Positions 49,823 to 62,294 of a stretch of DNA of 64,000 nt are shown here, in pieces (the first letter of the stretch is position 1; each line of letters starts with the position of its first letter). Origin of the DNA: Nitrospirota bacterium (GTDB taxonomy: Bacteria > Nitrospirota > UBA9217); assembly GCA_963737155.1 (NCBI GenBank), contig CAVTRN010000002.1, positions 1,664,001 through 1,728,000 on the forward strand. The letters are read 5' to 3'. The notes below the pieces were generated by a model that saw only the letters and a list, made by a program, of their open reading frames with translations, was not told where the DNA came from and ran no database searches. The position numbers and the translations under genes are program-made.

Positions 49823-51451
49823 ATGATAAACAAGACGAAACTAGAATTAACCTGGATCGGCAAGGAAAACCGGCCAAAGCTAGAGCCGCGTATTCTGCTC
49901 GAAGATCCGGAAATGTCCTCTCACGCGAAACACCGTACGACGAAAAATGATATTTTCGACAACTACCTCATTTTCGGGGACAATTTGCTTGCACTTAAGG
50001 CGCTGGAGCATGATTTTACCGAAAAAGTGAAGTGTGTGTTTATCGATCCGCCATATAACACTGGGAGTGCTTTTGAACACTATGATGATGGTATAGAGCA
50101 TTCTATCTGGCTGTCACTAATGCGAGATCGATTGGAGATAATTAGAAGACTACTGGTCCAGGACGGGTCATTATGGATTACTATTGATGACAATGAGGCT
50201 CACTACCTTAAGGTTTTATGCGACGAGGTTTTTGGACGTGGAAATTTTATTTCTTCTGTTACTTGGATGAAGCGCGTCTCACCTGCCAACGATGCAAAGT
50301 ATCTGAGTTCCGACCATGATTTTATCCTGATCTATGCGAAAGACAAATCTTCATGGAGACCCATTCGTCTCCCACGTGGAGATCAACAAAACGCCTACTA
50401 CAAGAACCCCGACAAGGACCCACGAGGCCCTTGGAACTCAGTTACCTATACAGGGAACAAAACCAGAGCCGAGCGGCCTAACCTTTACTATGGCATTAAG
50501 AACCCAAACACAGGTGAACTAGTGTTCCCGCCAGAAACGTTAACGTGGAGATATGGACAGGAAACTCATGAAAAAAACACAACAGAGCAGCTTGTGTACT
50601 GGGGAAAAGATGGACGTTCAAAGGTACCACGCCGAAAAATGTTTTTGGAGGATGCAGAGCCAATCGTTCCTAGAAGTGTTTGGCTAAGCAGCGAAGTTGG
50701 AAGCACTCAGACATCAATGGTTGAGCAAAAAACTCTTTTTTCGGCCCCCTTTGCAACTCCGAAGCCTGAGCTTTTATTGCAACGAATCATTCATATTGCC
50801 ACAAATCCTGGCGACCTCGTTCTCGATTCTTTCGCCGGTTCTGGAACGACCGGAGCTGTAGCGCATAAGTTGGGGCGGCGGTGGATTATGATCGAACTGG
50901 GCGAGCATTGCCACACGCACATCATTCCGCGCATGAAGAAGGTAATCGACGGCCAGGATCCGGGCGGGATCACCGAGGCGGCGGGCTGGAAGGGTGGTGG
51001 GGGATTCAGGTATTATCGTCTTGCGCCGTCATTGCTTGAAAAGGACAAGTGGGGCAATTGGGTCATTAATAAACAATACAATGCTGCAATGCTCACAGAA
51101 GCGCTCAGCAAATTAGAGGGTTTCACCTACGCGCCGAGCGATGCAGTTTATTGGCAGCATGGACATTCGAGCGAGCAGGATTTCATCTATGTTACGACAC
51201 AGAACCTGAACCATGAGCAACTCCAGGCTCTCTCTGATGAAGTTGGGTCACGCAGGTCGCTTCTAGTCCTATGCTCAGCTTTTCGCGGCAAGTCCGATCG
51301 TTACCTGAATCTGACGATCAAGAAAATCCCGAACGCGGTCTTAAAGCGCTGTGAGTGGGGGCATGACGACTATAGCCTACAGGTAGAGAACCTACCCAAG
51401 GCCCCACCAAAAAAGGGGCAACAATCACTGTTTGAAGAGGAGGCAGAATAA
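49823..51451 (+). CDS. Type III RM methyltransferase (Mod)
   Basis: IDPPYNTG, TPKPE and DSFAGSGTT motifs. Coupled to Res. Confidence 0.92.
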   Translation: MINKTKLELTWIGKENRPKLEPRILLEDPEMSSHAKHRTTKNDIFDNYLIFGDNLLALKALEHDFTEKVKCVFIDPPYNTGSAFEHYDDGIEHSIWLSLMRDRLEIIRRLLVQDGSLWITIDDNEAHYLKVLCDEVFGRGNFISSVTWMKRVSPANDAKYLSSDHDFILIYAKDKSSWRPIRLPRGDQQNAYYKNPDKDPRGPWNSVTYTGNKTRAERPNLYYGIKNPNTGELVFPPETLTWRYGQETHEKNTTEQLVYWGKDGRSKVPRRKMFLEDAEPIVPRSVWLSSEVGSTQTSMVEQKTLFSAPFATPKPELLLQRIIHIATNPGDLVLDSFAGSGTTGAVAHKLGRRWIMIELGEHCHTHIIPRMKKVIDGQDPGGITEAAGWKGGGGFRYYRLAPSLLEKDKWGNWVINKQYNAAMLTEALSKLEGFTYAPSDAVYWQHGHSSEQDFIYVTTQNLNHEQLQALSDEVGSRRSLLVLCSAFRGKSDRYLNLTIKKIPNAVLKRCEWGHDDYSLQVENLPKAPPKKGQQSLFEEEAE

Positions 51452-54123
51452 TGAACCGTCTTGTGAATGCCATTTCCGGACGGCTCAGTCTCCGGCCACC
51501 TCAAAAACGATCTCTTGAAATACTAGATAGGATCACGGAGATCGTTTCGCCTCGCAAAGGTGCGGACATTCAAGCCGCACTCGCTACCATCAAGTCTGAA
51601 TTCCCCACTGTAACTGACTTTGAGCGTGACTTTCCCTCGCTTTGCTTTGCTCTGGCTACCGGCGTTGGCAAGACACGGCTCATGGGAGCTTTTATCAGCT
51701 ATCTTCATCTTGCCCACGGCATCAACCATTTTTTCGTTCTTTCGCCGAACCTCACGATCTACAACAAGCTCATTGCCGACTTTACGCCGAATACCCCGAA
51801 GTATGTGTTCAAGGGAATAGCCGAGTTCGCTGTAGATCCTCCCGTCATCATCACCGGTGACAATTACGAATCCGGCGTAGGTGTGCGGGCAGGCGTATTG
51901 CCAGGGATCGATATGTCGGTCCATGTAAATATCTTCAATGTATCGAAGATCAATTCCGAAGTCCGGGGTGGAAAGTCTCCACGCATCAAGCGTTTGTCCG
52001 AGTACATAGGTGAAAGCTATTTCGAATACCTCGCTGGGCTTGACGATCTGGTTCTTCTCATGGACGAATCACATCGCTACCGCGCTTCCGCAGGCATTCG
52101 GGCTATCAACGAACTGAAGCCCGTTCTCGGTCTGGAACTGACCGCGACTCCAATTGTGGAGACAGCGAAGGGAGCGATCCAGTTCAAGAACGTGATCTTT
52201 GATTACCCTCTGTCAAAAGCAATGGAGGATGGCTTTGTAAAGGAGCCCGCTGTTGTTACTCAGAAGAACTTCGATCCCAAGCAGTTCACTCCGGAGCAGA
52301 TCGAGCAGATAAAGCTTGAAGACGGTATCCGACTGCATGAGAATACCAAGGTCGAGCTTGAGACCTATGCACGACAGACAGAACAGCGGATCGTGAAGCC
52401 CTTTATGCTGATCATTGCCAGAGATACGACCCATGCCAGCCAGTTGAGCGAATATATCAAGTCTGAAAAGTTCTTTGAAGGACGGTACAAGGATAAGGTG
52501 ATCCAGGTCGACTCGAGCAAAACTGGTGTTGAAGAAGACGAGATGGTCGCGCGCCTGCTGAAGGTCGAAAGCTCCGATGAGCCGACGGAGATTGTGATCC
52601 ATGTGAACATGCTCAAGGAAGGCTGGGACGTGACGAACTTGTACACTATCGTGCCCCTCCGTGCTGCTAATGCACGAGTCTTGATCGAACAGTCAATTGG
52701 ACGCGGCCTGCGGCTGCCTTATGGAAGGCGAGCCGGGGTGAACAGTGTTGACCGTCTAAATATTGTTGCCCATGACCGCTTCCAGGAGATCATCGACGAA
52801 GCAAATAGGCCGGACTCGGCAATCCGACTCCAACAGATCATTCTTGACCCGACTACTGATATGCAGAAGATGCAGACAACAGTTGTGCAATCTACCCTTG
52901 CCACACAGATAGGGGCTGTGAAGACAGAAGGTCAGGCACCTAGCGCAACTGCCCCACCTCTGTTTTCAACCGAGGCAGAGCGTACTATTGCGCTGGCGAC
53001 GGTAGACATCATCAAAAAGTACGAAAACCTGCCGGGATCGAACCATTTGTTGAAAAAGGAAGTGCAGGAGAAGATTGCAGCGGAAGTGGCAGAGTTTGTT
53101 GCACCGATGCAGGCTGCTTTGCCGGGGATTACGCAAACACCAAACATCGCAGCCGTTGTTGCGAAAACCGCAGAGCTCATGGTTCAGCAGACGATTGATA
53201 TTCCGCGAATTCTCGTTGTTCCCAAAGGCCAGATAACCGTTGGATTTCACCCATTCATGCTCGACTGCTCAGGCATCCGGTATCAACCAGTTGAACGGGA
53301 TTTGCTTATCCAACACCTTAGGACGAACGCTCAGGAAACCCTGGGTTTCAGCGGCAGTGGTCAGCATGAGAGCAGACTTGAAGATTACCTTGTTCGAGGA
53401 TTGATTGACTTTGACGATATCTCCTATGATGAGCATGCGGACCTCCTGTACGACCTTGCTGGCCAGATGGTGAAGCATTTGCGCTCATACCTTTCCGAAG
53501 ATGACACGAAGAATGTGTTGCTTTACCATCAGAAACAGCTGGCATCATTCATGCTCGCTCAGATGCAGGAACACCAATGGGAGAAGGCGGCAGATTATGA
53601 AGTGATCGTTAGCAAGGGTTTCACTGAACTGAAATCAAGCGCCTTTACTAACAGAGCTAATGAGCCTGTCTTTGATTTCCGAAATACCGTCGAGGACAAA
53701 ACCAGAATCGGCCAGATGCTGTTTGGTGAGTTTAAGCGCTGTTTATATCCGATACAAAAATTCCACTCTGACACTGAACGGAAACTTGCAGTCATTCTCG
53801 ATCGGGAAGCACAAAAATGGCTCAGGCCAGCGATTGGTCAGTTCCAGATCTTCTATAAATCAGGCGTTGTCCAGGGTGACTATATCCCGGACTTCGTGGC
53901 CGAGACAGACACGTGCATTTATATGATGGAACCCAAGGCCCGAAACGAGATGGATAGCACCGAGGTACAGGCCAAGAAGGATGCGGCCGTAAAATGGTGC
54001 ACACATGCGACAAAGCATTCCACAGAAAATGGCGGGAAACCGTGGAAGTACTTACTTATTCCGCACGACGCGATTATGGAAAATATATCGATAGCGGGGT
54101 TGGTCAGTCAGTACGGGTCCTAA
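51451..54123 (+). CDS. Type III RM restriction subunit (Res)
   Basis: ATGVGKT, DESH, TAT, EGWD, QSIGRGLR and a C-terminal PDF...EPK nuclease motif. Confidence 0.9.
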   Translation: MNRLVNAISGRLSLRPPQKRSLEILDRITEIVSPRKGADIQAALATIKSEFPTVTDFERDFPSLCFALATGVGKTRLMGAFISYLHLAHGINHFFVLSPNLTIYNKLIADFTPNTPKYVFKGIAEFAVDPPVIITGDNYESGVGVRAGVLPGIDMSVHVNIFNVSKINSEVRGGKSPRIKRLSEYIGESYFEYLAGLDDLVLLMDESHRYRASAGIRAINELKPVLGLELTATPIVETAKGAIQFKNVIFDYPLSKAMEDGFVKEPAVVTQKNFDPKQFTPEQIEQIKLEDGIRLHENTKVELETYARQTEQRIVKPFMLIIARDTTHASQLSEYIKSEKFFEGRYKDKVIQVDSSKTGVEEDEMVARLLKVESSDEPTEIVIHVNMLKEGWDVTNLYTIVPLRAANARVLIEQSIGRGLRLPYGRRAGVNSVDRLNIVAHDRFQEIIDEANRPDSAIRLQQIILDPTTDMQKMQTTVVQSTLATQIGAVKTEGQAPSATAPPLFSTEAERTIALATVDIIKKYENLPGSNHLLKKEVQEKIAAEVAEFVAPMQAALPGITQTPNIAAVVAKTAELMVQQTIDIPRILVVPKGQITVGFHPFMLDCSGIRYQPVERDLLIQHLRTNAQETLGFSGSGQHESRLEDYLVRGLIDFDDISYDEHADLLYDLAGQMVKHLRSYLSEDDTKNVLLYHQKQLASFMLAQMQEHQWEKAADYEVIVSKGFTELKSSAFTNRANEPVFDFRNTVEDKTRIGQMLFGEFKRCLYPIQKFHSDTERKLAVILDREAQKWLRPAIGQFQIFYKSGVVQGDYIPDFVAETDTCIYMMEPKARNEMDSTEVQAKKDAAVKWCTHATKHSTENGGKPWKYLLIPHDAIMENISIAGLVSQYGS

Positions 54124-54165
54124 GAGCTTTACCGTCAATTTCCTTATAACTCATGGGAGGAACAA

Positions 54166-55095
54166 ATGGCAAATTTGTTTTGGAAACGGGAAGGGAACAA
54201 AACGCTAAATCTGCTTTCAACGCCATTTGATACGGAAGAAGCTTTTGAAAAGGTTGTTTTTGAAACGAAGGAAATTCTTGAGGATATTTTCCTCATTAAA
54301 AGACAAATCAGGGGTGGCAAAAAGCCAGGTATTCCTGATATCGTTGGTATAGACAGTGAGGGCAACGTTTGCATCGTTGAAATGAAGAACGTAGCTGTTG
54401 ATTCATCTATCATTCCACAGGTATTGTCTTATGCTTTTTGGGCGCAGAACAATCCTGATGCAATTAAAAATCTTTGGCTTGAATCTCCTCGTCAATCTGA
54501 AGAAGTTGAAGTAAATTGGGATAACTATGATGTACGCATAATCATTATTGCTCCATCAATTGAGCGTTCAACACTAGAACTCGTCAATACGATTAATTAT
54601 CAGGTCGACTTAATTGAAATTAAGCGGTGGGTCGAAGGTAAAAATCATTTTTTACTGGTTAACAAACTTGAGCCAGAACAGACCAAGAAAACGACAGCAG
54701 TCAGAGGGCTTGAGGTATATGACAAAGCGTTCTATGAAAAATATCGTAATAAGAATAGCGTTAAAGCTTTTCTTGCATATACAGAAGAAACGCGAAAATT
54801 AGTAAAGAAAAAAGGCTGGCCTCTTGAACTGAAATACAATAAAGGCTATAGCGGGTTCAAGCACGGTTTTTTTAATGCATTTGGTATTCATTGGGTGGGC
54901 TCGAAATCGTTTGCCTTTTTTTTCAAACTGCCGAAAGCTGTTGCAGTAAAATATCAGCCAAAAGGTATTAAGATGGATAGATATAGCGATCAGTGGAAAC
55001 AAGCGGAATATAGAATTGATACGACCAAAACGAAAGTTAATGCATTCACAAAGTTGTTTGAAAAAGCATTAGAGTCTATCACACAAGTTGATTAA
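54166..55095 (+). CDS. NucS-like PD-(D/E)xK endonuclease domain protein
   Basis: E..FE...IPDIVGID..GNVCIVEMKN...QVLSYA. Confidence 0.7.
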   Translation: MANLFWKREGNKTLNLLSTPFDTEEAFEKVVFETKEILEDIFLIKRQIRGGKKPGIPDIVGIDSEGNVCIVEMKNVAVDSSIIPQVLSYAFWAQNNPDAIKNLWLESPRQSEEVEVNWDNYDVRIIIIAPSIERSTLELVNTINYQVDLIEIKRWVEGKNHFLLVNKLEPEQTKKTTAVRGLEVYDKAFYEKYRNKNSVKAFLAYTEETRKLVKKKGWPLELKYNKGYSGFKHGFFNAFGIHWVGSKSFAFFFKLPKAVAVKYQPKGIKMDRYSDQWKQAEYRIDTTKTKVNAFTKLFEKALESITQVD

Positions 55096-55270
55096 ACTTC
55101 TGAACTAGGCATTTGGGTCTCGTGACCAGCAATGCAGTCTGTTATACAAGAGAAGAGCTCTACGAGCAGGCCTGGTCGCAGCCGATGACGACACTGGCCA
55201 ACAACCTTGGTTTGTCCGACGTGGGGCTAAGAAAAAAATGCAAGGTTACCCCAATTAGCCGCAAAAAATT

Positions 55271-57001
<1,731 letters not shown>

Positions 57002-57049
57002 ACAGCCCTCTCGGTGCGCTCTGCGAACATGCTGTGAAGAAAGGTTTTT

Positions 57050-57916
57050 ATGAAACTTGGATTCCATGTTTCTATCTCTGGCGGTTTCGCTCTCTCCGTC
57101 CAGCGTGCTTTCGAATTGGGCTGCACCTGCATGCAGATATTCAGCCGCAATCCGCGCGGCTGGACCGTTAAGCCCCTTGATCAGCATGATATCGCGGAGT
57201 TCAAAAAACTTCGAGAGCAATGGGACGTTGGGCCAGTCTTCGTACACGCGAACTATCTCATCAACCTCGCTTCACAAAAACCCGATTTATATGAAAAGTC
57301 TATTGCGCAGTTGGTGATTGATCTTGAACGAACTGAGCAACTGGGCGCAGAATACTTGGTCACCCATCTTGGCTCTGCAAGCGGCAAGGATCCGGCATGG
57401 ATGATCGATCGCGTGTCGTCGGCTTTGAATATGACGATGAGGCTTCATCCACCGCAAGCTACGATTCTTTTGGAAAACACGGCCGGCGAAAAAGGGGATA
57501 TCGGTTACGAGCTTGAACAGGTCCAAGAAGTCATTGTGCGTCTCGTCGATGCTAGAAACATCGGTGTCTGTTATGACACCTGCCACGGTTTTGCAGCAGG
57601 ATATGACATCCGAACGAAGAAGGATGTCGACGCTCTTGCAAATAAGATTGAAGCGACCGTGGGGTTGAAACGGTTGAAAGGCATGCATTTGAACGATTGT
57701 CTCCGCGAGTTCGGTTCCCATGTCGATCGGCACTGGCATATCGGAGAAGGCAAGGTGGGACTCGATGGATTTAAAATCCTGCTGAATCATCCGGCATTCA
57801 AGGATGTGCCGAAAATCATGGAAACGCCGAAAGAATCGGAAGAAGACGATCCGAAAAATATGAAGACGGTGAAATCGCTTATCAGGGTGGATAACAAACG
57901 TGTATCGCGAAGATGA
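57050..57916 (+). CDS. nfo: Endonuclease IV
   Basis: GFHVS, HANYLINL, LENTAG, DTCH, HLND, DRH and METP motifs. Confidence 0.95.
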   Translation: MKLGFHVSISGGFALSVQRAFELGCTCMQIFSRNPRGWTVKPLDQHDIAEFKKLREQWDVGPVFVHANYLINLASQKPDLYEKSIAQLVIDLERTEQLGAEYLVTHLGSASGKDPAWMIDRVSSALNMTMRLHPPQATILLENTAGEKGDIGYELEQVQEVIVRLVDARNIGVCYDTCHGFAAGYDIRTKKDVDALANKIEATVGLKRLKGMHLNDCLREFGSHVDRHWHIGEGKVGLDGFKILLNHPAFKDVPKIMETPKESEEDDPKNMKTVKSLIRVDNKRVSRR

Positions 57917-58336
57917 GCAGCAACCCTCATCGATGTTTTGAATCCATATATACATTGATGAAACAGCTGTGGCAGCACAAGAAGCTTGATAAAACAGGCT
58001 TTTACCAGACGGCATTCAGACGAGCCCTCTCGCCGACTAACATTTATCTTTACGCATTGATTGAATTTCGGGTCGGGGGAGTTTGTTTTCTGGTTATCAA
58101 GAATAATTCGCTGCAGAAGGGATGTATCGGTTCACTTCTTGGAAGAGTGGCACGTGAAGCGTTTTGGCTGCAAGGAGTCGGCTCGGTTATTGAGCGCATG
58201 GATTGAGCATGCGTGGACGAGGGATGCCAACGCCTTGAGTAAGAAACGGCGTTACACGGGAAGCGGCACATCGGTTCTAAGAAAGAGCCGGCTTCATAAA
58301 GCGGGTATTTTTACGAAGGAATTGTGACGTGTTAAT

Positions 58337-58792
58337 TTGAGAGTGGCTTATAAAACTACCATGGCCATACTGATAATCTTCATCACGGCAGCCGTGCATG
58401 CCGGCGGTGATGACATCCTCGGGGTGTGGAACAACCAGGAAAAAGATGCAAGGATTGAGATATACCATTGCGGTGAGAGATACTGCGGTAAGATCGTTTC
58501 GTTAAATGAGCCGAACTATCTTCCGGGGTCCAAAGACGGGGTGCCGGGCACTCCGAAACTCGACCATAACAACCCAGATCCAATCCTCAGGAAAATACCG
58601 ATCATCGGGCTCAAAATTATGTATGATTTTATTTACGATGGAGATAATAAATGGGTCTCCGGAAAAGTGTACGATCCGAAGAATGGGGAAACCTACAGCG
58701 GCAAAATGATCATGGTTTCGCCTCACCAACTAAAACTCCGCGGATTTGTTGGCATATCGCTTTTCGGCAGAACTGCCATCTGGACCAGGTAA
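58337..58792 (+). CDS. DUF2147 family exported protein
   Basis: Signal peptide, G.W, D.NNP, GKVYDPKNGETY and LRGFVGISLFGRT.W motifs. Confidence 0.85.
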   Translation: MRVAYKTTMAILIIFITAAVHAGGDDILGVWNNQEKDARIEIYHCGERYCGKIVSLNEPNYLPGSKDGVPGTPKLDHNNPDPILRKIPIIGLKIMYDFIYDGDNKWVSGKVYDPKNGETYSGKMIMVSPHQLKLRGFVGISLFGRTAIWTR

Positions 58793-58830
58793 TGTAATAG
58801 TTCACAGTTCAGACTATAAAGAACATCACT

Positions 58831-59220
58831 ATGAATGATAGAATCAATAGGACAATGCAAACCAGGCTGAAGCAGGCACGGGAGGCTTTGGAGGAAGCGA
58901 AAGACTTGTTAGTGCAGGATGCTGCCTTGAATTTTGTTATGAATAGCATGTATTACGCCTTCTTATACGCCCTCTGGGGATTGCTGGAGTCACAGGGAAT
59001 ATCAGCTCCTCCGTATAGGACGGCTATTTCCTTTTTTGAACAGGAGTTCGTCCTGACCGGGAAAATTGAGAGAAGGTTCTACGATGCACTGCGACAAGCC
59101 TTTGATCTTCGGCCGGCATGCGACTGTGAAGGCAGAAAGAAGGTAACGGCAGAAGACATAGAGCAATTATTGCCGATTGCCGATAATTTCCTCGATATTG
59201 TTGGTCGATTCATTGAATAG
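58831..59220 (+). CDS. HEPN domain protein
   Basis: A.EALEEA...MYYAF...F.QEFV.TG...AFDLR..CD. Confidence 0.75.
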   Translation: MNDRINRTMQTRLKQAREALEEAKDLLVQDAALNFVMNSMYYAFLYALWGLLESQGISAPPYRTAISFFEQEFVLTGKIERRFYDALRQAFDLRPACDCEGRKKVTAEDIEQLLPIADNFLDIVGRFIE

Positions 59221-59384
59221 AGCAATTTGCGCGGATAAAGATGCCGGCTTTGAGCGAAGATGGCTTGACCTAAAACGAGGTATTTCATCGATTTCGTCCA
59301 AATTACCTTCTGGATTTTTCTTCCTGCCTCTGGTATAGTAACAAATGTTTATTTTTCTTCTGGGTTGCCCTCTCAGGTCAAATT

Positions 59385-60344
59385 ATGAACATTGCGGAGC
59401 AGAAAGTTAAGAAAATCTTGGCACGGCGCTATAATGCTTTTGGACATTACATGAAGGCTTTGTACGGTCTGCCAGTCTATAAAGTGAATGTGGATGCCGG
59501 GTTTACCTGCCCGAACCGCGATGGTTCTATCGCCACGGAAGGATGCATATACTGTAATAACGACAGTTTCAGGCCTTCTGCCTGTACCAGCACGCTGTCC
59601 CTGCAAGACCAAATTAGCAGGGGAATCCCTTATCTTCGCTCTCGCTACGGTGCTGAGAAGTTTATCGTATACTTTCAACCCTACACGAACACCTACGCAT
59701 CCGTGGGTATCCTGGAACGGCTTTACCGTGAAGCACTAGATAGCCCCGGAGTGGTGGGGCTGGCTATCGGCACCCGACCGGATTGCGTGGACGAAGAAAA
59801 GATCGCGCTTCTCGAGTCACTAGCCAAGAATTCTTTTATCCTTGTGGAGTATGGGCTTCAGTCCATTTACGATCGGACTCTCGCGTTCATTAACCGCGGC
59901 CATGATTACACCTGCTTTCGGAATGCTCTCGGCATGACGACAGGCCGAGGTATCAGAGTTGGAGCTCACCTTATTCTTGGGTTCCCTACGGAGACGCGTC
60001 CGGAAATGCTGGCCATGGCTGACGAGCTTTCAACGCTGCCGATAGAATTTCTGAAGATACATCAGCTGCAGGTCGTGCGGGATACCGCACTGGCGGAGCT
60101 ATATTCATCAAAATCGTTCCCGACGTTCGGGTATGAGGAATATATAGCGTTGCTTGCTGATTTTCTTGAACGGCTGGATCCGAAGATCATCATCCAGCGT
60201 CTTTTCGCAGCGGCTCCTGACGACATCCTGATTGCGCCGATATGGAATAGGACGCGAAGCGAATTCCTGAACGATCTTGATGCTTATCTTGAGAACAGGG
60301 GAAGCTATCAGGGGAAGTACCGCGGTCAGGGCATCGGATCGTGA
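59385..60344 (+). CDS. TIGR01212-family radical SAM protein
   Basis: AGFTCPNRDG...GCIYC, YFQPYTNTY, GTRPDC and EYGLQS motifs. Confidence 0.92.
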   Translation: MNIAEQKVKKILARRYNAFGHYMKALYGLPVYKVNVDAGFTCPNRDGSIATEGCIYCNNDSFRPSACTSTLSLQDQISRGIPYLRSRYGAEKFIVYFQPYTNTYASVGILERLYREALDSPGVVGLAIGTRPDCVDEEKIALLESLAKNSFILVEYGLQSIYDRTLAFINRGHDYTCFRNALGMTTGRGIRVGAHLILGFPTETRPEMLAMADELSTLPIEFLKIHQLQVVRDTALAELYSSKSFPTFGYEEYIALLADFLERLDPKIIIQRLFAAAPDDILIAPIWNRTRSEFLNDLDAYLENRGSYQGKYRGQGIGS

Positions 60345-60499
60345 TTTTCGGAAATAGAGATTGACATATCGTATGCAGTTGTCATTTCCCGTTAAACCGG
60401 CTTTCTTTGATATCATGAAAATTGAATTATTGAACCGGTACCATGAAAATACCGGTATTTCCCTTGTCCGTTTTTTTACATTTCGATGAAGGTGATATC

Positions 60500-61162
60500 A
60501 TGATTGATCTCCATACACATTCCTTGTTCAGCGACGGCGTGCTGGTGCCGTCGGAACTGGTTCGGCGCGCCGTCATGAAAGGATACGAAGTCATCGCGAT
60601 CACCGATCATGCCGATGCGTCTAACCTTGATTTTACGATACCTCGTGTTGCCGCAGCTTGCAAAATCCTGAGCAGTAAATGGAATATAGTTGCGCTTCCC
60701 GGCATCGAGCTTACGCATATTCCACCGGAAACATTTAGCGAGCTGACCGAACGGGCACGTTCGCTCGGGGCAGCGATCGTTGTCGCGCATGGTGAAACAC
60801 TGGTTGAACCTGTGCATCCCGGTACGAACCGCGCCGCAATAGAAGCGAGGGTGGACATCCTTGCGCATCCCGGACTAATCACGAGAGAGGAGGCTTTGCT
60901 CGCGACTCGGAACGGAGTGTACTTGGAAATATCGTCACGGAAAGGTCATAGCCTGTCAAACGGCTACGTGGCCAGAATCGCAGCGGAGACAGGATCGAAA
61001 CTCGTGATCGACACCGATACCCATGAGCCGGGAGACCTCATCACCGACGAGTTTGCCCACACCGTGCTGCTCGGCGCCGGGCTGGACGATGAGCAGATAA
61101 ACGTTGTCCTGCAAAACTCGCGGGAATTGGCTGCCCGAGCAAGCGCAGCGATCGGCAAGTAA
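60500..61162 (+). CDS. PHP-domain protein (histidinol-phosphatase-like)
   Basis: DLHTHS..SDG, ITDH, AHP and DTH motifs. Confidence 0.88.
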   Translation: MIDLHTHSLFSDGVLVPSELVRRAVMKGYEVIAITDHADASNLDFTIPRVAAACKILSSKWNIVALPGIELTHIPPETFSELTERARSLGAAIVVAHGETLVEPVHPGTNRAAIEARVDILAHPGLITREEALLATRNGVYLEISSRKGHSLSNGYVARIAAETGSKLVIDTDTHEPGDLITDEFAHTVLLGAGLDDEQINVVLQNSRELAARASAAIGK

Positions 61163-61254
61163 TCGAGTTATCGCTTGATGAGGGACCGCCGAGTATGTAT
61201 TAAGCAGGGAAGAAATAAAAATCAAAATTCTATGCAGAGGGGGAGATTGATAAG

Positions 61255-61968
61255 ATGGCGAAGATAAAAAAGAGGGGAGACGCGGCACCTACGCAGCCTG
61301 AACAGGAGATCATGACGCTTGCGCGCGCGAGTTCCGATTTTATTACGAAGCATCGCCGACAGTTCATCATCGTTGCAGCAGCTGTTGCCACGGTCGTGGT
61401 GCTCATTGCAGGATACGCGCTCATGAAATCACTGCAAGAGCAGCAGGCATCACCGCTGGTGGCTGCCGCTTACGATTATTACAGCCCCGCGAAGGGTGCG
61501 ACTGCAGATTATGGAAAAGCGTTGGAGCTTTTCCGTGATGTCCAAAAAAGGTTTCCCGAGACGGAGAGCGGGGCTATCGCTCAGTACTATATCGGAAACT
61601 GTCTCGTAAATTTGGGACGGACCGAAGAGGCGCTGAAAGAATACAGCGCCTTCATCAAACGATACTCGAGTAAAAAGATCCTTGCGGGGTTTGTTTACCA
61701 GCGGATGGGCTACATATACGAGGGAATGGGCAAGTTCGATGATGCCAAAAAATCTTTCGATCAGGCCGAAACATTGCTAGGTACGGGCGTAGCGACTGTT
61801 GAGCTTGCCAGACTCTATGAAATGACAGGAAATAAGCCGGAGGCCGAGGAAAAATATAAATCGGTGATGGAGAAGCTTGCGGGTACGACCTGGGCCATGG
61901 AGGCTTCCAGTAAAATGCAAAATATTGCTTCGATACCGACACTGACATCGGGCAAAGGGGAAAAGTAG
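61255..61968 (+). CDS. Membrane-anchored TPR protein (YfgM-like)
   Basis: Single TM followed by TPR helices. Confidence 0.8.
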   Translation: MAKIKKRGDAAPTQPEQEIMTLARASSDFITKHRRQFIIVAAAVATVVVLIAGYALMKSLQEQQASPLVAAAYDYYSPAKGATADYGKALELFRDVQKRFPETESGAIAQYYIGNCLVNLGRTEEALKEYSAFIKRYSSKKILAGFVYQRMGYIYEGMGKFDDAKKSFDQAETLLGTGVATVELARLYEMTGNKPEAEEKYKSVMEKLAGTTWAMEASSKMQNIASIPTLTSGKGEK

Positions 61969-61976
61969 TTAAGATC

Positions 61977-62009
61977 GCAGTCCCCGTAACCTCATGTTAT
62001 CGGGACTGC
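61977..62009. terminator. Stem-loop after the TPR gene
   Basis: GCAGTCCC.GTAAC / GTTAT.GGGACTGC inverted repeat with no clear U tract. Confidence 0.5.
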
Positions 62010-62294
62010 TGCTTATTAGTGGTCGCCAGCTTCGGCCAGACGTCAGATAATGTAACGTATCATTAGATTCTTCTTTAAAACGAAAGGCATTTTAATAAGT
62101 TCCTTTCTGAATCAGTAAAAAAAACATTCATCTTCAACTGCTATGAAAGTCAACCTTGAACTCTGGTCCGCACATTCTCCCTTCTAGACGCGAAGCGCCA
62201 GTAGGCGGGTCAAGCGGACCGGTGTTGGTTTAAAATCCCGGTTAGATTCCTGTGTTTGCAAGATTGCGTTGTGTAGTTGGCTATAATATCTCGC

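Noticed and set aside
40342-54123. DISARM or BREX system
   Set aside because: No DrmA/DrmB/DrmC or PglZ/BrxC genes are recognisable. The methylase-helicase pair fits type III RM.
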